Shown here piece after piece: positions 11,048 to 21,359 of a DNA stretch of 64,000 nucleotides (the stretch's first letter is position 1; each line of letters begins with the position of its first letter). The position numbers and the translations under genes are program-made. Source of the DNA: a virus (taxonomy: Duplodnaviria > Caudoviricetes); IMG/VR virus record IMGVR_UViG_2890910346_000001, one strand, 5' to 3'. The notes beneath the pieces were generated by a model, which was given only the letters and a program-made list of their open reading frames with translations, searched no databases and was not told where the DNA came from.

Positions 11048-11444
11048 TCCCTCTTTCTTTTAATTGTTGTAAAATAGATTTTAATTTTTCTGGAATTGGC
11101 AAACCTAAGTGGGCGGCATTTTCAATAATCGATATCCCTTCATTTGATACATAAAAGAAGATAACCATTGCGCGTAAAACACCTACATGCCCCAAAATCT
11201 GCACATCCAGTAAGTGGGCAATCCCCACTAATGCAAAAATAATGATTTTTCGTGCGATACCATTAAACCCAACGTCACTGGATAAACGTTTATCCGCAAT
11301 CGCACACAAAACACCTGTTACATAATCTGTAACCACAAATACCAATAATGTGTATAACATGCCGTCTAATCCTCCTAAAAAATAACCAAGTGTGCCTCCA
11401 ATAACTGAAAACACCACTTGGCATGTTGACCATAATTCTTTCAT
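11034..11444 (-). CDS. Phage holin (Phage_holin_4_1 type)
   Basis: DYVTGV...SxxGFxGIARK...NEGISIIENAAHLGLPIP motif; directly upstream of the lysin. Confidence 0.9.
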   Translation of the reverse strand: MKELWSTCQVVFSVIGGTLGYFLGGLDGMLYTLLVFVVTDYVTGVLCAIADKRLSSDVGFNGIARKIIIFALVGIAHLLDVQILGHVGVLRAMVIFFYVSNEGISIIENAAHLGLPIPEKLKSILQQLKERGNEHE

Positions 11445-11461
11445 AGTGTATCCTCCATTCT

Positions 11462-13210
11462 TTACTTCCATTTGCCAACCACATTATAATTAAATATATA
11501 ATTGGCATTCGATGCTTCTAAGCCTCTGACAACTTCAAAGACGCCTGTTTTAGATATAGAACCTACCTGTCCTGATCCAGCCATCACCATCCCTGCCCAT
11601 GTAATAGGCGATAAAGTCACAATGACGGTCGGTAACTCTTTAAAAACAAAAGGGTATGCTAAATCCGTTGCTGCAATCGGTCCAGAAGTAAATAAACTTC
11701 CCCATCTATTTTTCACATCAACTGTTACCGACTTTCTCGTACTCAATTCCATCACACCACTATACCATTTACGGTAAATCCAGTTATTCTTCATGCCTTG
11801 TTCCATCACAAAATCACTCATCACGGCATTTTTATATTTAAAATCCCAGTTAGGTGATACATCAAGTGTGTTTTGTAATTCTGCAACCTTACCAACACCG
11901 ATACCTTTTCCAGAACTGTGAAAATCGAGTAACACAAAGGCTGTTCCAACGCTCACTACAACTTGACTCGTATTAAAAGCATCTCTTAGTGTCACCGTCA
12001 CTTCCCAAGAACTCTCCCCACTGGCAGGAAAGATGACACTCCCTGTTTTACTATACGTTTCCATTGGTATACTCTGCGTAGTCGATTGACTTTGGTTTTG
12101 CCGTTTGTAACTGTAACTGAGTACCTTTTGATTTTTATTGTTCACTGGGGCAACAGCACACGCATACTCCAATTTAATATACGCTCCAGACTCATCCAGT
12201 GTCCCATTGGCTTGGCAACGATTGGCTTTTGCCATCGTAATTCTAGGTTCATACCAATCATACACAACAGGGGTCACGACTTTTGTACCTGTCATTCCCC
12301 TAGAATCCACAACTCTAGCTTCTACTCGTTGTGACGTTGACGTAATCACTTCAGATGTTTGATCACTACTTTGATACGTTATCCCATTTAAAACTAAACT
12401 GCGTGTTGTCACAACGGCTTGTTCATACAGCCTTTCTGTTACGGTTGCTTTGATTCTAGACTTTCCTCTGACAAAACCACCATAGGTGTTATAAAAATTG
12501 TTCACATCCGTTAAGGTGATGTTGACAACAGGTGCCATATCAGTAGTGGCTATGACGGTCACAGGAGGTGTATCCTTACTGCCAATCAGTTGACTTCCTG
12601 AGTAAGTAAGCACCCTAAATAGTAATTTATCCGTTGAATGCGTTAAATAGCGTCCCCACCATTTGGGTAACGTCCATGTATCACTTGTTGCGACATTCGA
12701 TGCGATGGTTGTCCAACTTAATTTTCCCTCCACACCTGCTTGAATAGTATGTGTAAAGGTGCTTGTTGCTCTTGGGGTATAAATGGTAATCGTATCCCCA
12801 AAAGACATACTTGTCTTATTCAAGGTCGGTTGTGTGGCTCTGGCAATAGTTGGCAAATCCCATGATCCACTCCCTCTAGCATTCACCGCAAAATAGTAAA
12901 TGCCAGCTTCCACACTGGCACTAAAGGTTTTATGCCCATCTGAGTCATGTGAAATGGTAAATTGCCCACTCGCAACACTGGCAGTCCCGGTTAATTGAAT
13001 ACGACTGGCTGATTGGTAAACAGTAGACCCTTCAATGACCACCTTAAAGTTTCCCGACATATACCAAGTGTTTGGATTTGCACCATTTCCTCTTAAGCTC
13101 CAATTGATGGTTGTTTGATTAGTGGATACATTTTGATTGGCAACATGCCACTCAAACGTTAAATACCTAACGTCATACGCATTCGTGTGAAAAGAACCAC
13201 TGCTTGCCAT
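11462..13210 (-). CDS. Minor tail / baseplate protein (DUF859-like)
   Basis: WDLPTIARATQP motif; beta-rich; position between Tal and holin. Confidence 0.75.
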   Translation of the reverse strand: MASSGSFHTNAYDVRYLTFEWHVANQNVSTNQTTINWSLRGNGANPNTWYMSGNFKVVIEGSTVYQSASRIQLTGTASVASGQFTISHDSDGHKTFSASVEAGIYYFAVNARGSGSWDLPTIARATQPTLNKTSMSFGDTITIYTPRATSTFTHTIQAGVEGKLSWTTIASNVATSDTWTLPKWWGRYLTHSTDKLLFRVLTYSGSQLIGSKDTPPVTVIATTDMAPVVNITLTDVNNFYNTYGGFVRGKSRIKATVTERLYEQAVVTTRSLVLNGITYQSSDQTSEVITSTSQRVEARVVDSRGMTGTKVVTPVVYDWYEPRITMAKANRCQANGTLDESGAYIKLEYACAVAPVNNKNQKVLSYSYKRQNQSQSTTQSIPMETYSKTGSVIFPASGESSWEVTVTLRDAFNTSQVVVSVGTAFVLLDFHSSGKGIGVGKVAELQNTLDVSPNWDFKYKNAVMSDFVMEQGMKNNWIYRKWYSGVMELSTRKSVTVDVKNRWGSLFTSGPIAATDLAYPFVFKELPTVIVTLSPITWAGMVMAGSGQVGSISKTGVFEVVRGLEASNANYIFNYNVVGKWK

Positions 13211-13211
13211 C

Positions 13212-14831
13212 TTAATTCACCACCTTTGTAAAACTTAAATTACCTGTTGATCTTGGCATAAAAGCAAACTTACCCAATTTTAAACTTTGCAGATACTCTC
13301 CATCTACCGCATAGAATTTTCGATTATGCCAATAGGCACTCTCCACACCACCTTGTAAAAAGACAATGCGCTCATTCTCAATGCGAAGCACAATGGGACT
13401 ATTTTGTTCACCTAAAATAATGTGCCCATTTTCAAAGCGAATATAACGGCTGAGTTCTGTAAATTGTCTCGCATTAGCACCGTATAAGGTCTCTTGTAAC
13501 TGTTGATACTGATAAAACTGAAAAGAAATGGCATCTGATGTTTGTGTCATCATCGTTTGAACCGCACTCAACAGTTCATCTGCTTTTTCTTTGTTGTAGT
13601 ATTTCTCGGATACGTCCAGTTTGATTTCATTGGCTGATTGTTGAATATACGAATTGGCTTCACGAATGGCTCGAACAATCGCTGCTGTATTCAACTCTTT
13701 CATATGTTCTTGTAAATTCTGATAAATCGTTTCAATTGAATGCTCCGTATGGAACTGTGTCACGGTCAGCGTTTTTTCTTCAATCCCAATGGACAAAGTA
13801 CTACTTTCTGGATGAAGTAAATCAAGGGATAGTTGACTGACAAGCATCCGCTCATCAATGTTAAGACTTGGAATCTTTACTTTTAGCTTTTGCCCTAAGC
13901 CAAAGGCATCAACTGCCTCTCCTGCTTTAGACAAATCAGCAGCCGTTAATGTTATCTTACTAATCAATAGAACAGAATCCGCTAAGTCTTTACGTCCTGC
14001 ACTAAGCAAATTCGTTGGATCTGTGATGTAGTCATGATGGGTCACTTTAGTAATCTCTCCGTAAAGTGCTATCGCATGCTCATCTCGAAGCGCCTTATCG
14101 CCATGATTAACCGATTCAATCGTCACATAGCGTTCCGTATCCGTATCGTCATCTGTTATCTTACTGCCTAAAGGAATCACAATCGTAGCGAGTTCGTCAC
14201 TAAACCATTCTCGTTTGGCATCCAATAAATTGATGGTTTGTTCTATGGTTTGATGATTCACATCATTCAAATCATTGACATAATCCAAGTACACACCATC
14301 TACTTGATAGCGGACATAAAAATAGCCACCCAGTTCTTTTAACAGTTTATCCCTTAAAAAAGACCAAGTGGATGTGTAATCACTAGATGAACGGACGATG
14401 TTCCCCTTTGCGGTATCATTGGTGACCGTCACATATCCTAATTTAAATTGTTTATCTGAACTAACTTGTGCATTATGACTGAGTAACACGTCCTGTAACA
14501 CATCTTCAACACGTCTATTTCTAAAATCATACGGTTCAAGCACACTGTCATTGAAGAAGGCTAAGTCACTCTCACATTCAACGGTTTCTGTTTGAAAAAG
14601 ATCAACACTAGGTGAGAAAACACGTCCCCTAAAAAGCAACCGATCATCGTCATATAACGTAATGATGGATTTCATATACTGGATTTGACCATAAGACGGA
14701 TTGCTTTTAGGTATCGTAAAGGTCAATGTCCCGACCGTATTTAACGAACTGTTCAATCTCCCTTCAATAATGGTATACTCTGGAATGAGGGGATTATAGA
14801 TTAAATCATTATCGGCATAAATGCGATACAT
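13212..14831 (-). CDS. Tail-associated (Tal-like) protein
   Basis: Follows Dit; LFRGRV, LDYV and GQKLKV prophage-tail motifs. Confidence 0.75.
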   Translation of the reverse strand: MYRIYADNDLIYNPLIPEYTIIEGRLNSSLNTVGTLTFTIPKSNPSYGQIQYMKSIITLYDDDRLLFRGRVFSPSVDLFQTETVECESDLAFFNDSVLEPYDFRNRRVEDVLQDVLLSHNAQVSSDKQFKLGYVTVTNDTAKGNIVRSSSDYTSTWSFLRDKLLKELGGYFYVRYQVDGVYLDYVNDLNDVNHQTIEQTINLLDAKREWFSDELATIVIPLGSKITDDDTDTERYVTIESVNHGDKALRDEHAIALYGEITKVTHHDYITDPTNLLSAGRKDLADSVLLISKITLTAADLSKAGEAVDAFGLGQKLKVKIPSLNIDERMLVSQLSLDLLHPESSTLSIGIEEKTLTVTQFHTEHSIETIYQNLQEHMKELNTAAIVRAIREANSYIQQSANEIKLDVSEKYYNKEKADELLSAVQTMMTQTSDAISFQFYQYQQLQETLYGANARQFTELSRYIRFENGHIILGEQNSPIVLRIENERIVFLQGGVESAYWHNRKFYAVDGEYLQSLKLGKFAFMPRSTGNLSFTKVVN

Positions 14832-15466
14832 TATAACACCTCCCTGATGTACTGAGTCGTTAACGTGCCATTGCCTGACACCCTTAACGTATTATTCCCC
14901 ATTTCAAGGAGAATCCCTAATTGATGCTCACCCTTTTGCACCGTATATCGTTTCCCTTTGTATTCAATCGTCGCCATGCCAGTTGTCACAATACTTAATG
15001 GCGTTGGCATCCCTGCATACCCAATGGTGATGTACTGAAATGCACTTGTCAGTGTCGTACTCGATACCACTTCATCACCAATCAATCGAAATGGATAACA
15101 GTCTACCGTGGCTTTGATGGTCGATTTAGCTGGTGTTCGCTCATAAGAATGAAACGTCATCGTACCCACAAAATAACCCTCTAAATGTGAAAACCGAATA
15201 TGCACCTGTTTATTATACACATGCACAAACAATAATGACCGAAGCCTTTCTCGCTCTTCTTCTGAACCGGTCATGCCTAAAACCAGACTGATGGTTCGAT
15301 TTGAAAAATGTGTATAACCTGTTAAAGCTCTACTCATATCAAGGTCACCATTTCTGCCCGGAACAGATACTTTGTGTACTTTCATCTCAGGAATACCAAT
15401 ATCAAATTCTTCTAAAATAATTCCTTGCTTATATAAGTCTGTGTCATCAATAAACAGTGTAATCAT
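14831..15466 (-). CDS. Distal tail protein (Dit)
   Basis: VPGRNGDLD motif; immediately follows the tape measure gene. Confidence 0.8.
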   Translation of the reverse strand: MITLFIDDTDLYKQGIILEEFDIGIPEMKVHKVSVPGRNGDLDMSRALTGYTHFSNRTISLVLGMTGSEEERERLRSLLFVHVYNKQVHIRFSHLEGYFVGTMTFHSYERTPAKSTIKATVDCYPFRLIGDEVVSSTTLTSAFQYITIGYAGMPTPLSIVTTGMATIEYKGKRYTVQKGEHQLGILLEMGNNTLRVSGNGTLTTQYIREVL

Positions 15467-18270
15467 CCTCTAGCCCTCCTTACTGCCATTTTTCCCAGTC
15501 CACTATCAATACTTGGGAGTAATCGTCCAACCAATGTCCCATCATCTAAGTAGATGGCTTGTGTACTATTTTCTGCGATAATCGCTAAGTATTTTTCAAT
15601 CATCTCATTGCCTCCCATTTTCTCTTGAAACAGTTTATCCAAGTGATAATAAAATCCTTTTAACGGAAGAATCGCTTCATGCCCTGCTTCGCCTCCTGCC
15701 ATTAAGGAAGTGCCATTCATACCAAACAATGTTGGTCGTGTCATAATCCCACCTTCTTTATACCAATCAATGGATAAGCTCGGTACAGATGGAGGGAGGA
15801 TTGAAAAACTTCCCTTAATACTAAAATGTGGCAGTTTTATCTTTGGAAAACTAATCTTCATTCCAGCAAAGAATCCCACCACTGCATCAATAGCTTTTTT
15901 GACAGTATTCTTGGCAGCTTCAATCGGTGTGGTAATGGCTGATTTGATGCCATTCCATACATTTGTTGCCGTTGTTTTAATGCCATTAAAAATACTGCCT
16001 ACTGTGCTAGAAACAGAATGAAATACCGTTGAAACAGCGGTTTTTATACCATCAAGAGCAGTGCCAACAGTAGACTTGATGCCATTCCATACCGTACTGG
16101 TGACACCTTTAATCGTTTGAAACACAGTTGACACCACATTTTGAATCATTGATAAGACCGTTGAAATTGTTGTGCTGATGGATTGCCATATCGAAGATAG
16201 AATCTCTTGGATAACACTCATAACACTACTGATTACACTAGATACGGCTTGAATACCACTATCAACAATTCCTTTAATGCCCTCCCATACCGATAGAATC
16301 ACCTCTTTACAGTTTTCCCAAATAAACTGAAAAGGTAAAGTGATAAGGGCAAAGGCACCTTGTATTAAAGACACTAAAAATTGTAAGCCAACATCTAAAA
16401 TAGCCTTAATCGTTTCCCAAGTGGTCGTAAAGAAAGAGACAATACCGTTCCAAGCCGTCATAAAGTAGGTGGACATATTCTGCACAACTGTTGTAACCGT
16501 TTGTGTGATGGTTCCCCATACATCCTTAAACCATTCCGTAATCGCTCCCCAGTTTTTAATCACTAAAATAATACCAGCGATGGCTGCGACAATACCTGCA
16601 ATAATACCAATAATGGGTAATAAAGAAAGATGTAATGCACCAAATCCAGTTGCTGCTCCACCAGCTGCAACCCCAGCTGCCGTTGTTCCTGCCGCACTGG
16701 CTCCTCCTGCAACCCCAACAGCTGCAGTAGCAGCACTGGTTCCAGTTAATAAACCAATCAATGGACTAAGAACACCTGTAATCGTTCCGATGGCTGTGAT
16801 TATTTTACCCGCTACGACAAGGATTGGTCCTACTGTTGCGACAATCACACCAAAGGTTGTAATCGCTTCTTTCATACCAGGAGATAAACTATCCCATCCA
16901 GATTTGATATTTTTAAACACTGTCGCTAATTTTTCAAGCATGGGTTTTAGAATCGTCATTAACGTATTACCGACATCGGCACCGACAATTTTTAATTGGT
17001 TCATCGTTGTTTGAAAACTATCAATTGGATCAATGGTGTTTTCGAAGGTCGTTTCAACTGAACCCATATTATCTTGTAAAGACGTCCCTAATTCACTAAA
17101 GTTCAGTGACCCATTTTTACAAGCTTGATAAATCGCCCCTCCTGCTCGTTTACCAAACAATTCATACGCCACTTGTAGCCCTTCCGTATCACTTTTGGCA
17201 TGGACCATCCTATTTTGAATATCCGATAAGGCATCGTTTAGTGGCTTACCTTCTGCAGTAGCGTTTGTTAATGCCTTGGTTAATCCGGTCATCACTTGTG
17301 ACGTATCAGCTCCGGACATTTCCACATTCCCTAGAAAGTTGGCAGCGTCACTGGCTGAAAAGCCGAGTTGTTGGAGCGAGGCGGCATTGGTAACCATGAC
17401 ACTGGATAAAGTGTCCATACTGATGCCTGTTCTCTGACCGACTGCATTCATCGTATCCAATAATGCCCCTGTATCTTCAGTCGTTAAACCAAAGGCTGCA
17501 ATCACTTTTTGTGTGTTGTCGATTGCGGTAGATACGTCTACATTATTCAGTTGTGCAAACTTGATAAACTGAGTAGATAGTTCTTCTAGTTGTTTACCTG
17601 TTACACCAAAACGCGTATTGACTTCACCAATGGCGGCACCAGCTGTCTCAAAGTCTGTCGGAATACTGGTGGCGATACGTTCCATAATCCCTTGCATGTC
17701 TTCAAGTGCTTCACCACTTGCGCCAGTTTTAGTCACAATCGTATCGAGTCCAGCATCTACTTCATTAAAAGCACTAATAGACGCCGCACCAATGCCAACA
17801 AGTGGTAAAGTTAAGTGAGTAGATAACTTTGTGCCAATTTCTTGTGTTTTATCACCAATATTTTTCAGTTTATCCCCTACTTCTTTTACCGATAATGCCA
17901 CCACATTCGGCACTTTCTTAAACTCTTCTTGTAACTTAGATAAAGACTGCTCGGTTTCAATGATTTCTCGTTGCAGAGCATCGTACTTATCTTGCCCTAG
18001 TTCGCCATTTGCCAGTTGCGTTTTGGCTTGTTTGTCTGCTTCTTTTAATGCATTTAATTTGATGCTCGTTTCATGAATAGCTTGTTGGAGGAGTTTTTGT
18101 TTTTGCGCCAGTAACTCCGTATTCTTTGGATCAATTTTTAATAGCCGATTTACATCCTTTAATGCAGACTGCGTATTTTTAATAGTACTATTTACAGACT
18201 TAAGTGACTTATCCAACCCTGTTGTATCCCCACCAATTTCAACAGTTATCCCTTTGATACGATTTGCCAT
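15463..18270 (-). CDS. Tail tape measure protein
   Basis: MANRIKGITVEIGGDTTGL start; Trp/Phe-periodic repeats; WYKEGG near the C-terminus. Confidence 0.93.
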   Translation of the reverse strand: MANRIKGITVEIGGDTTGLDKSLKSVNSTIKNTQSALKDVNRLLKIDPKNTELLAQKQKLLQQAIHETSIKLNALKEADKQAKTQLANGELGQDKYDALQREIIETEQSLSKLQEEFKKVPNVVALSVKEVGDKLKNIGDKTQEIGTKLSTHLTLPLVGIGAASISAFNEVDAGLDTIVTKTGASGEALEDMQGIMERIATSIPTDFETAGAAIGEVNTRFGVTGKQLEELSTQFIKFAQLNNVDVSTAIDNTQKVIAAFGLTTEDTGALLDTMNAVGQRTGISMDTLSSVMVTNAASLQQLGFSASDAANFLGNVEMSGADTSQVMTGLTKALTNATAEGKPLNDALSDIQNRMVHAKSDTEGLQVAYELFGKRAGGAIYQACKNGSLNFSELGTSLQDNMGSVETTFENTIDPIDSFQTTMNQLKIVGADVGNTLMTILKPMLEKLATVFKNIKSGWDSLSPGMKEAITTFGVIVATVGPILVVAGKIITAIGTITGVLSPLIGLLTGTSAATAAVGVAGGASAAGTTAAGVAAGGAATGFGALHLSLLPIIGIIAGIVAAIAGIILVIKNWGAITEWFKDVWGTITQTVTTVVQNMSTYFMTAWNGIVSFFTTTWETIKAILDVGLQFLVSLIQGAFALITLPFQFIWENCKEVILSVWEGIKGIVDSGIQAVSSVISSVMSVIQEILSSIWQSISTTISTVLSMIQNVVSTVFQTIKGVTSTVWNGIKSTVGTALDGIKTAVSTVFHSVSSTVGSIFNGIKTTATNVWNGIKSAITTPIEAAKNTVKKAIDAVVGFFAGMKISFPKIKLPHFSIKGSFSILPPSVPSLSIDWYKEGGIMTRPTLFGMNGTSLMAGGEAGHEAILPLKGFYYHLDKLFQEKMGGNEMIEKYLAIIAENSTQAIYLDDGTLVGRLLPSIDSGLGKMAVRRARG

Positions 18271-18300
18271 GTGATTACCTCCTTTCCTAAAAATTGACAT

Positions 18301-18330
18301 GAAAAAAGCACCTACTATTTAGTAAGTGCT
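18301..18330 (-). terminator. Terminator between the TA cassette and the tape measure gene
   Basis: agcacctact/agtaagtgct stem followed by TTTTT on the minus strand. Confidence 0.75.
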
Positions 18331-18356
18331 ACAAATACTTATCACTAATTAATTTA

Positions 18357-18770
18357 TTAGTAAATCAATCTATTTAAGTTCTTTAGTTCTATTTCATTTA
18401 TATTTATCTTAGAATATCCATCTTTCAATAATTTTACTTGGACAGACCAAAATAAATCTTCACATACATCTGGACGATTGGATGTTTTTAATCGATCGTC
18501 GTAATGTACTGTAGCTGTCAGAAATAACTTATCACAATCTATTCTAGTTGGTCGCGTAAATGGATTCCTAGATATGTCTGGCTGCTCATCATGATAATGG
18601 ACCATTGGATTATTAATAAGCATATAAGGTTTTAGTGTTTGACATTTAATGTACTCATAATCTGTACCCAAATGTTTGTGACAAATATACATATGTGAAG
18701 CCACGGCCATTCCATCCGATATAGACGGATAAGGTACTTTCATTCTCACAACATCTCTTTCGTTAATCAA
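18357..18770 (-). CDS. Putative MazF/PemK-like toxin
   Basis: DVVRMKVPYP N-terminus and NPFTRPTRIDCDKLF resemble the PemK fold; start overlaps the upstream stop. Confidence 0.5.
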   Translation of the reverse strand: MINERDVVRMKVPYPSISDGMAVASHMYICHKHLGTDYEYIKCQTLKPYMLINNPMVHYHDEQPDISRNPFTRPTRIDCDKLFLTATVHYDDRLKTSNRPDVCEDLFWSVQVKLLKDGYSKININEIELKNLNRLIY

Positions 18771-19419
18771 TTAGAAGCCTCCCTTCTTCGTCAATATCGA
18801 CGAATACCGGGTTATGGAGTTCTTCATTTTCCGCAAGAGTAAGCAACATATCGAAATGTTTCTCTGTAAGTGATTCCGAATCAGATTTTGAAAATACAAA
18901 ATATTTTTTATCTAAATTTATAATTGTTGAGTTTTCTATCATATTTGTTGAATACATTGCATCTAATGTGTCAATCAGCTTCTCATCATTATAGTTGAAA
19001 TCCGATTCATCTAAATCCACTTGATACTCACCAGACATAATGCGAGTTTCTTTGGATTTCCAAAGATTCATCTGATGTGTAAGATCCGATAATTCCTTTT
19101 CTGTCATAGTACCAACTATAAAAGCACATTTTTCAGCTCTTTTACCATTAATAGATTCAACATTTTTATCATACGCACTCTGAGCCGCCATATTAAAGCT
19201 TGCTCTTTCCTTAGTATAATCTCCCCAAACATTACTGAATACCGGACCTTTTTTATACCCTCTTAAATGACTAAAATCAGGGGTCTCTCCAGATACTTTC
19301 GTCAATGCTTCATAAAACAACAAAAATTTTTGCAACTTTAAAGGGGTCTCATATGATGTATTATTGTGTTTCTTTAGCCAACCACTTAAAGATAATTTTC
19401 TTTCATTTGAATAAATCAT
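18763..19419 (-). CDS. Panacea (DUF4065/SocA-like) domain protein, putative antitoxin
   Basis: TPLKLQKFLLF, GPVFSNVW and ELSDLTH..W motifs; extra C-terminal region. Confidence 0.7.
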   Translation of the reverse strand: MIYSNERKLSLSGWLKKHNNTSYETPLKLQKFLLFYEALTKVSGETPDFSHLRGYKKGPVFSNVWGDYTKERASFNMAAQSAYDKNVESINGKRAEKCAFIVGTMTEKELSDLTHQMNLWKSKETRIMSGEYQVDLDESDFNYNDEKLIDTLDAMYSTNMIENSTIINLDKKYFVFSKSDSESLTEKHFDMLLTLAENEELHNPVFVDIDEEGRLLID

Positions 19420-19545
19420 ATTAATCCTCCTCTCATAAGTTATATCATTTTACATTAATCTGATATTAATGTAAATATATTTTTTCCGTTTTTTTGCTTG
19501 TTTGATTACTTTTTTTATTATACCATAAATACTCAAATCTTTAAA

Positions 19546-19710
19546 TCAAAACTTATCAAACTCTTTTTGTCCTGCAACTCTGTTATACTTTACACTGTCA
19601 TTCGCTTTCTCTGTCCAAATATCGAGCACTAAACCAATGGTTAAAAGGTCGAGATCTCTTATCGCAATCCCAACCTCCACACATCGAAGTAAAAATAAGG
19701 CTGTCGTCAT
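19546..19710 (-). CDS. Tail assembly chaperone T segment (54 aa), not in the ORF track
   Basis: Manual translation MTTALFLLRCVEVGIAIRDLDLLTIGLVLDIWTEKAND...; lies in the -1 frame of the upstream chaperone. Confidence 0.8.
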   Translation of the reverse strand: MTTALFLLRCVEVGIAIRDLDLLTIGLVLDIWTEKANDSVKYNRVAGQKEFDKF

Positions 19711-20072
19711 TTCCCGACTACTTGATGTAACTTTTTTCTGTTTTCCACATCCGTTTGAAGATTACTCCCCCATAGTTCTAATATTTCAGGCAAAATTTCA
19801 TAAATAGAAAACATCTCAAATTGGTCTAACCATTCTTCAATGGTTGATGGAATACTATTATCGGCATGATAAGCCATAATATACGCCACATTCTCAAAAA
19901 TCTCCAAGTCATCTATCTCGAAACTGCTCCCATTACCTTGATAAGACTTCTCAAGTTTCGCTAAGTCTTTAAAGATGTCACGCTTAAATGTCAAACGGTA
20001 TAAACGCGGAATGGTAGCCGATGACTTAAACGTAACGGTTTGATTTTGAATCGTGATTATCTTTTGTATCAT
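19707..20072 (-). CDS. Tail assembly chaperone (gpG-like)
   Basis: Between major tail and tape measure genes; A_AAA_AAG slippery site at 19731-19737. Confidence 0.85.
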   Translation of the reverse strand: MIQKIITIQNQTVTFKSSATIPRLYRLTFKRDIFKDLAKLEKSYQGNGSSFEIDDLEIFENVAYIMAYHADNSIPSTIEEWLDQFEMFSIYEILPEILELWGSNLQTDVENRKKLHQVVGK

Positions 20073-20081
20073 ATAAACCTC

Positions 20082-20666
20082 CTATCGTGATGGACTACTT
20101 ACTGTTTGAGCTGTTGGTACATAAACTGCTTTGTACCAATTTTGATAGGCTGTATCCTGTGTGGTATCTCCAGTGCGTGATTTCACTAACCCATCTTCTC
20201 TAGGATCTGCTGTTAAGGTTAACTTTTCCGTCCCTGGACTAATCGACTCTTCTTTTGTTTCTGATTCAATCGATGGGCGAGAGGTTGAACAATTATATAA
20301 AACGTGACGAATCGCTTTTTCATCCCCATCAAATTCAAATAACAGGGCAAATTTCTCGGTTTCTTTTACCGTTGCTTTTTCAACCAAAACACCATTTTTA
20401 TCCAATTCTTCATTCAAGATTTCTGTTCTAAACCACTCAGGTATTAAGGCAATTTCCAAATCCCCACTATATCCATTGTTGGATGTCGACCTAAAGTAAA
20501 CAATCCCATCGGCATAAAATGGACTGGATTCGCCTTCTGCTTCTAAACTAATACTAACAGCCCCTAAAATGGGCTTAGGTGTGCCATAAGTAAATGTCCC
20601 TTCAGGGCTTTTCGTGAGTTTTGCGGCATGAACATTCTTTAAATTGTATTTGACTTTGTTTCCCAT
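20082..20666 (-). CDS. Major tail protein (phi13-like)
   Basis: NKVKYNLKNVH, FYADGIVY and FALLFEFDGD motifs. Confidence 0.9.
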   Translation of the reverse strand: MGNKVKYNLKNVHAAKLTKSPEGTFTYGTPKPILGAVSISLEAEGESSPFYADGIVYFRSTSNNGYSGDLEIALIPEWFRTEILNEELDKNGVLVEKATVKETEKFALLFEFDGDEKAIRHVLYNCSTSRPSIESETKEESISPGTEKLTLTADPREDGLVKSRTGDTTQDTAYQNWYKAVYVPTAQTVSSPSR

Positions 20667-20989
20667 ATTTTTTCTTCCTCCATTTCAAATGTATATAAAA
20701 CTTCATAGAGTTTTTCACTCTCTATCCATACTTCGCTTTTACGATAAACAATCTCTGCTTGATCCAAGACGAATTCAATCTTTCGCTCGGATACCACATC
20801 TTTTTTATCCGTGTACAACTCCAAATGCACGACCACAATTTTATGATGAATTCTCCCATCCGCTTTAAAATGATTGGTGCTAGGTAACACATAAAGCATA
20901 AACGGTGGGTTTGGTACGTTACTTTCTGCGAAATGATGGTAAGCAAACGGCAAGTCGATTTGTTTCATCAGTGCTATGACACTAACCAT
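20639..20989 (-). CDS. Tail terminator / tail completion protein
   Basis: Synteny; LPFAYHHF and VELYTDKK-like motif. Confidence 0.7.
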   Translation of the reverse strand: MVSVIALMKQIDLPFAYHHFAESNVPNPPFMLYVLPSTNHFKADGRIHHKIVVVHLELYTDKKDVVSERKIEFVLDQAEIVYRKSEVWIESEKLYEVLYTFEMEEEKIWETKSNTI

Positions 20990-21359
20990 TTTCTAAAATC
21001 TCCTTTACTTTATTTTCAAAAGACGTGACTGCTTCTTGTTCTGCTTGTGCAATATGGGGTATCGCTGTCGTTCGCCCCCCATTTCGTTTGGCATGACCAA
21101 ATTCTAATAAGTGTGTGAGTTGATACTGATTTCTTGAATGCACCACAACATTCATGCTGTTACGATTTTCTTTTGTGGTGGTTACTACCCAACTGTTACG
21201 ATACCGACCACTTCTTTTAGGGGCAGTAGATTGCATACGTGCTTTTGTTTCTTGACCAACTTCTTTAACCGTTACTTTAATCTGCTCATTGGTTAGCTTT
21301 TGATACTGCTCGAGTTCTTTTTGAATCACTTGAGCTAAATCATCTAACTTTACTTTCAT
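20982..21359 (-). CDS. HK97 gp10-like tail component
   Basis: APKRSGRY and THLLEFGHAKRNGGR motifs. Confidence 0.85.
   Translation of the reverse strand: MKVKLDDLAQVIQKELEQYQKLTNEQIKVTVKEVGQETKARMQSTAPKRSGRYRNSWVVTTTKENRNSMNVVVHSRNQYQLTHLLEFGHAKRNGGRTTAIPHIAQAEQEAVTSFENKVKEILENG

Noticed and set aside
11462-13210. Diversity-generating retroelement or shufflon acting on the tail protein
   Set aside because: No reverse transcriptase, no template/variable repeat pair and no inverted cassette near the tail genes was seen.
15710-18076. Plus-strand ORFs opposite the tape measure gene (e.g. 16469-17014)
   Set aside because: These are antisense shadows of an Ala/Thr/Ile-rich gene, with no RBS or recognisable motifs.
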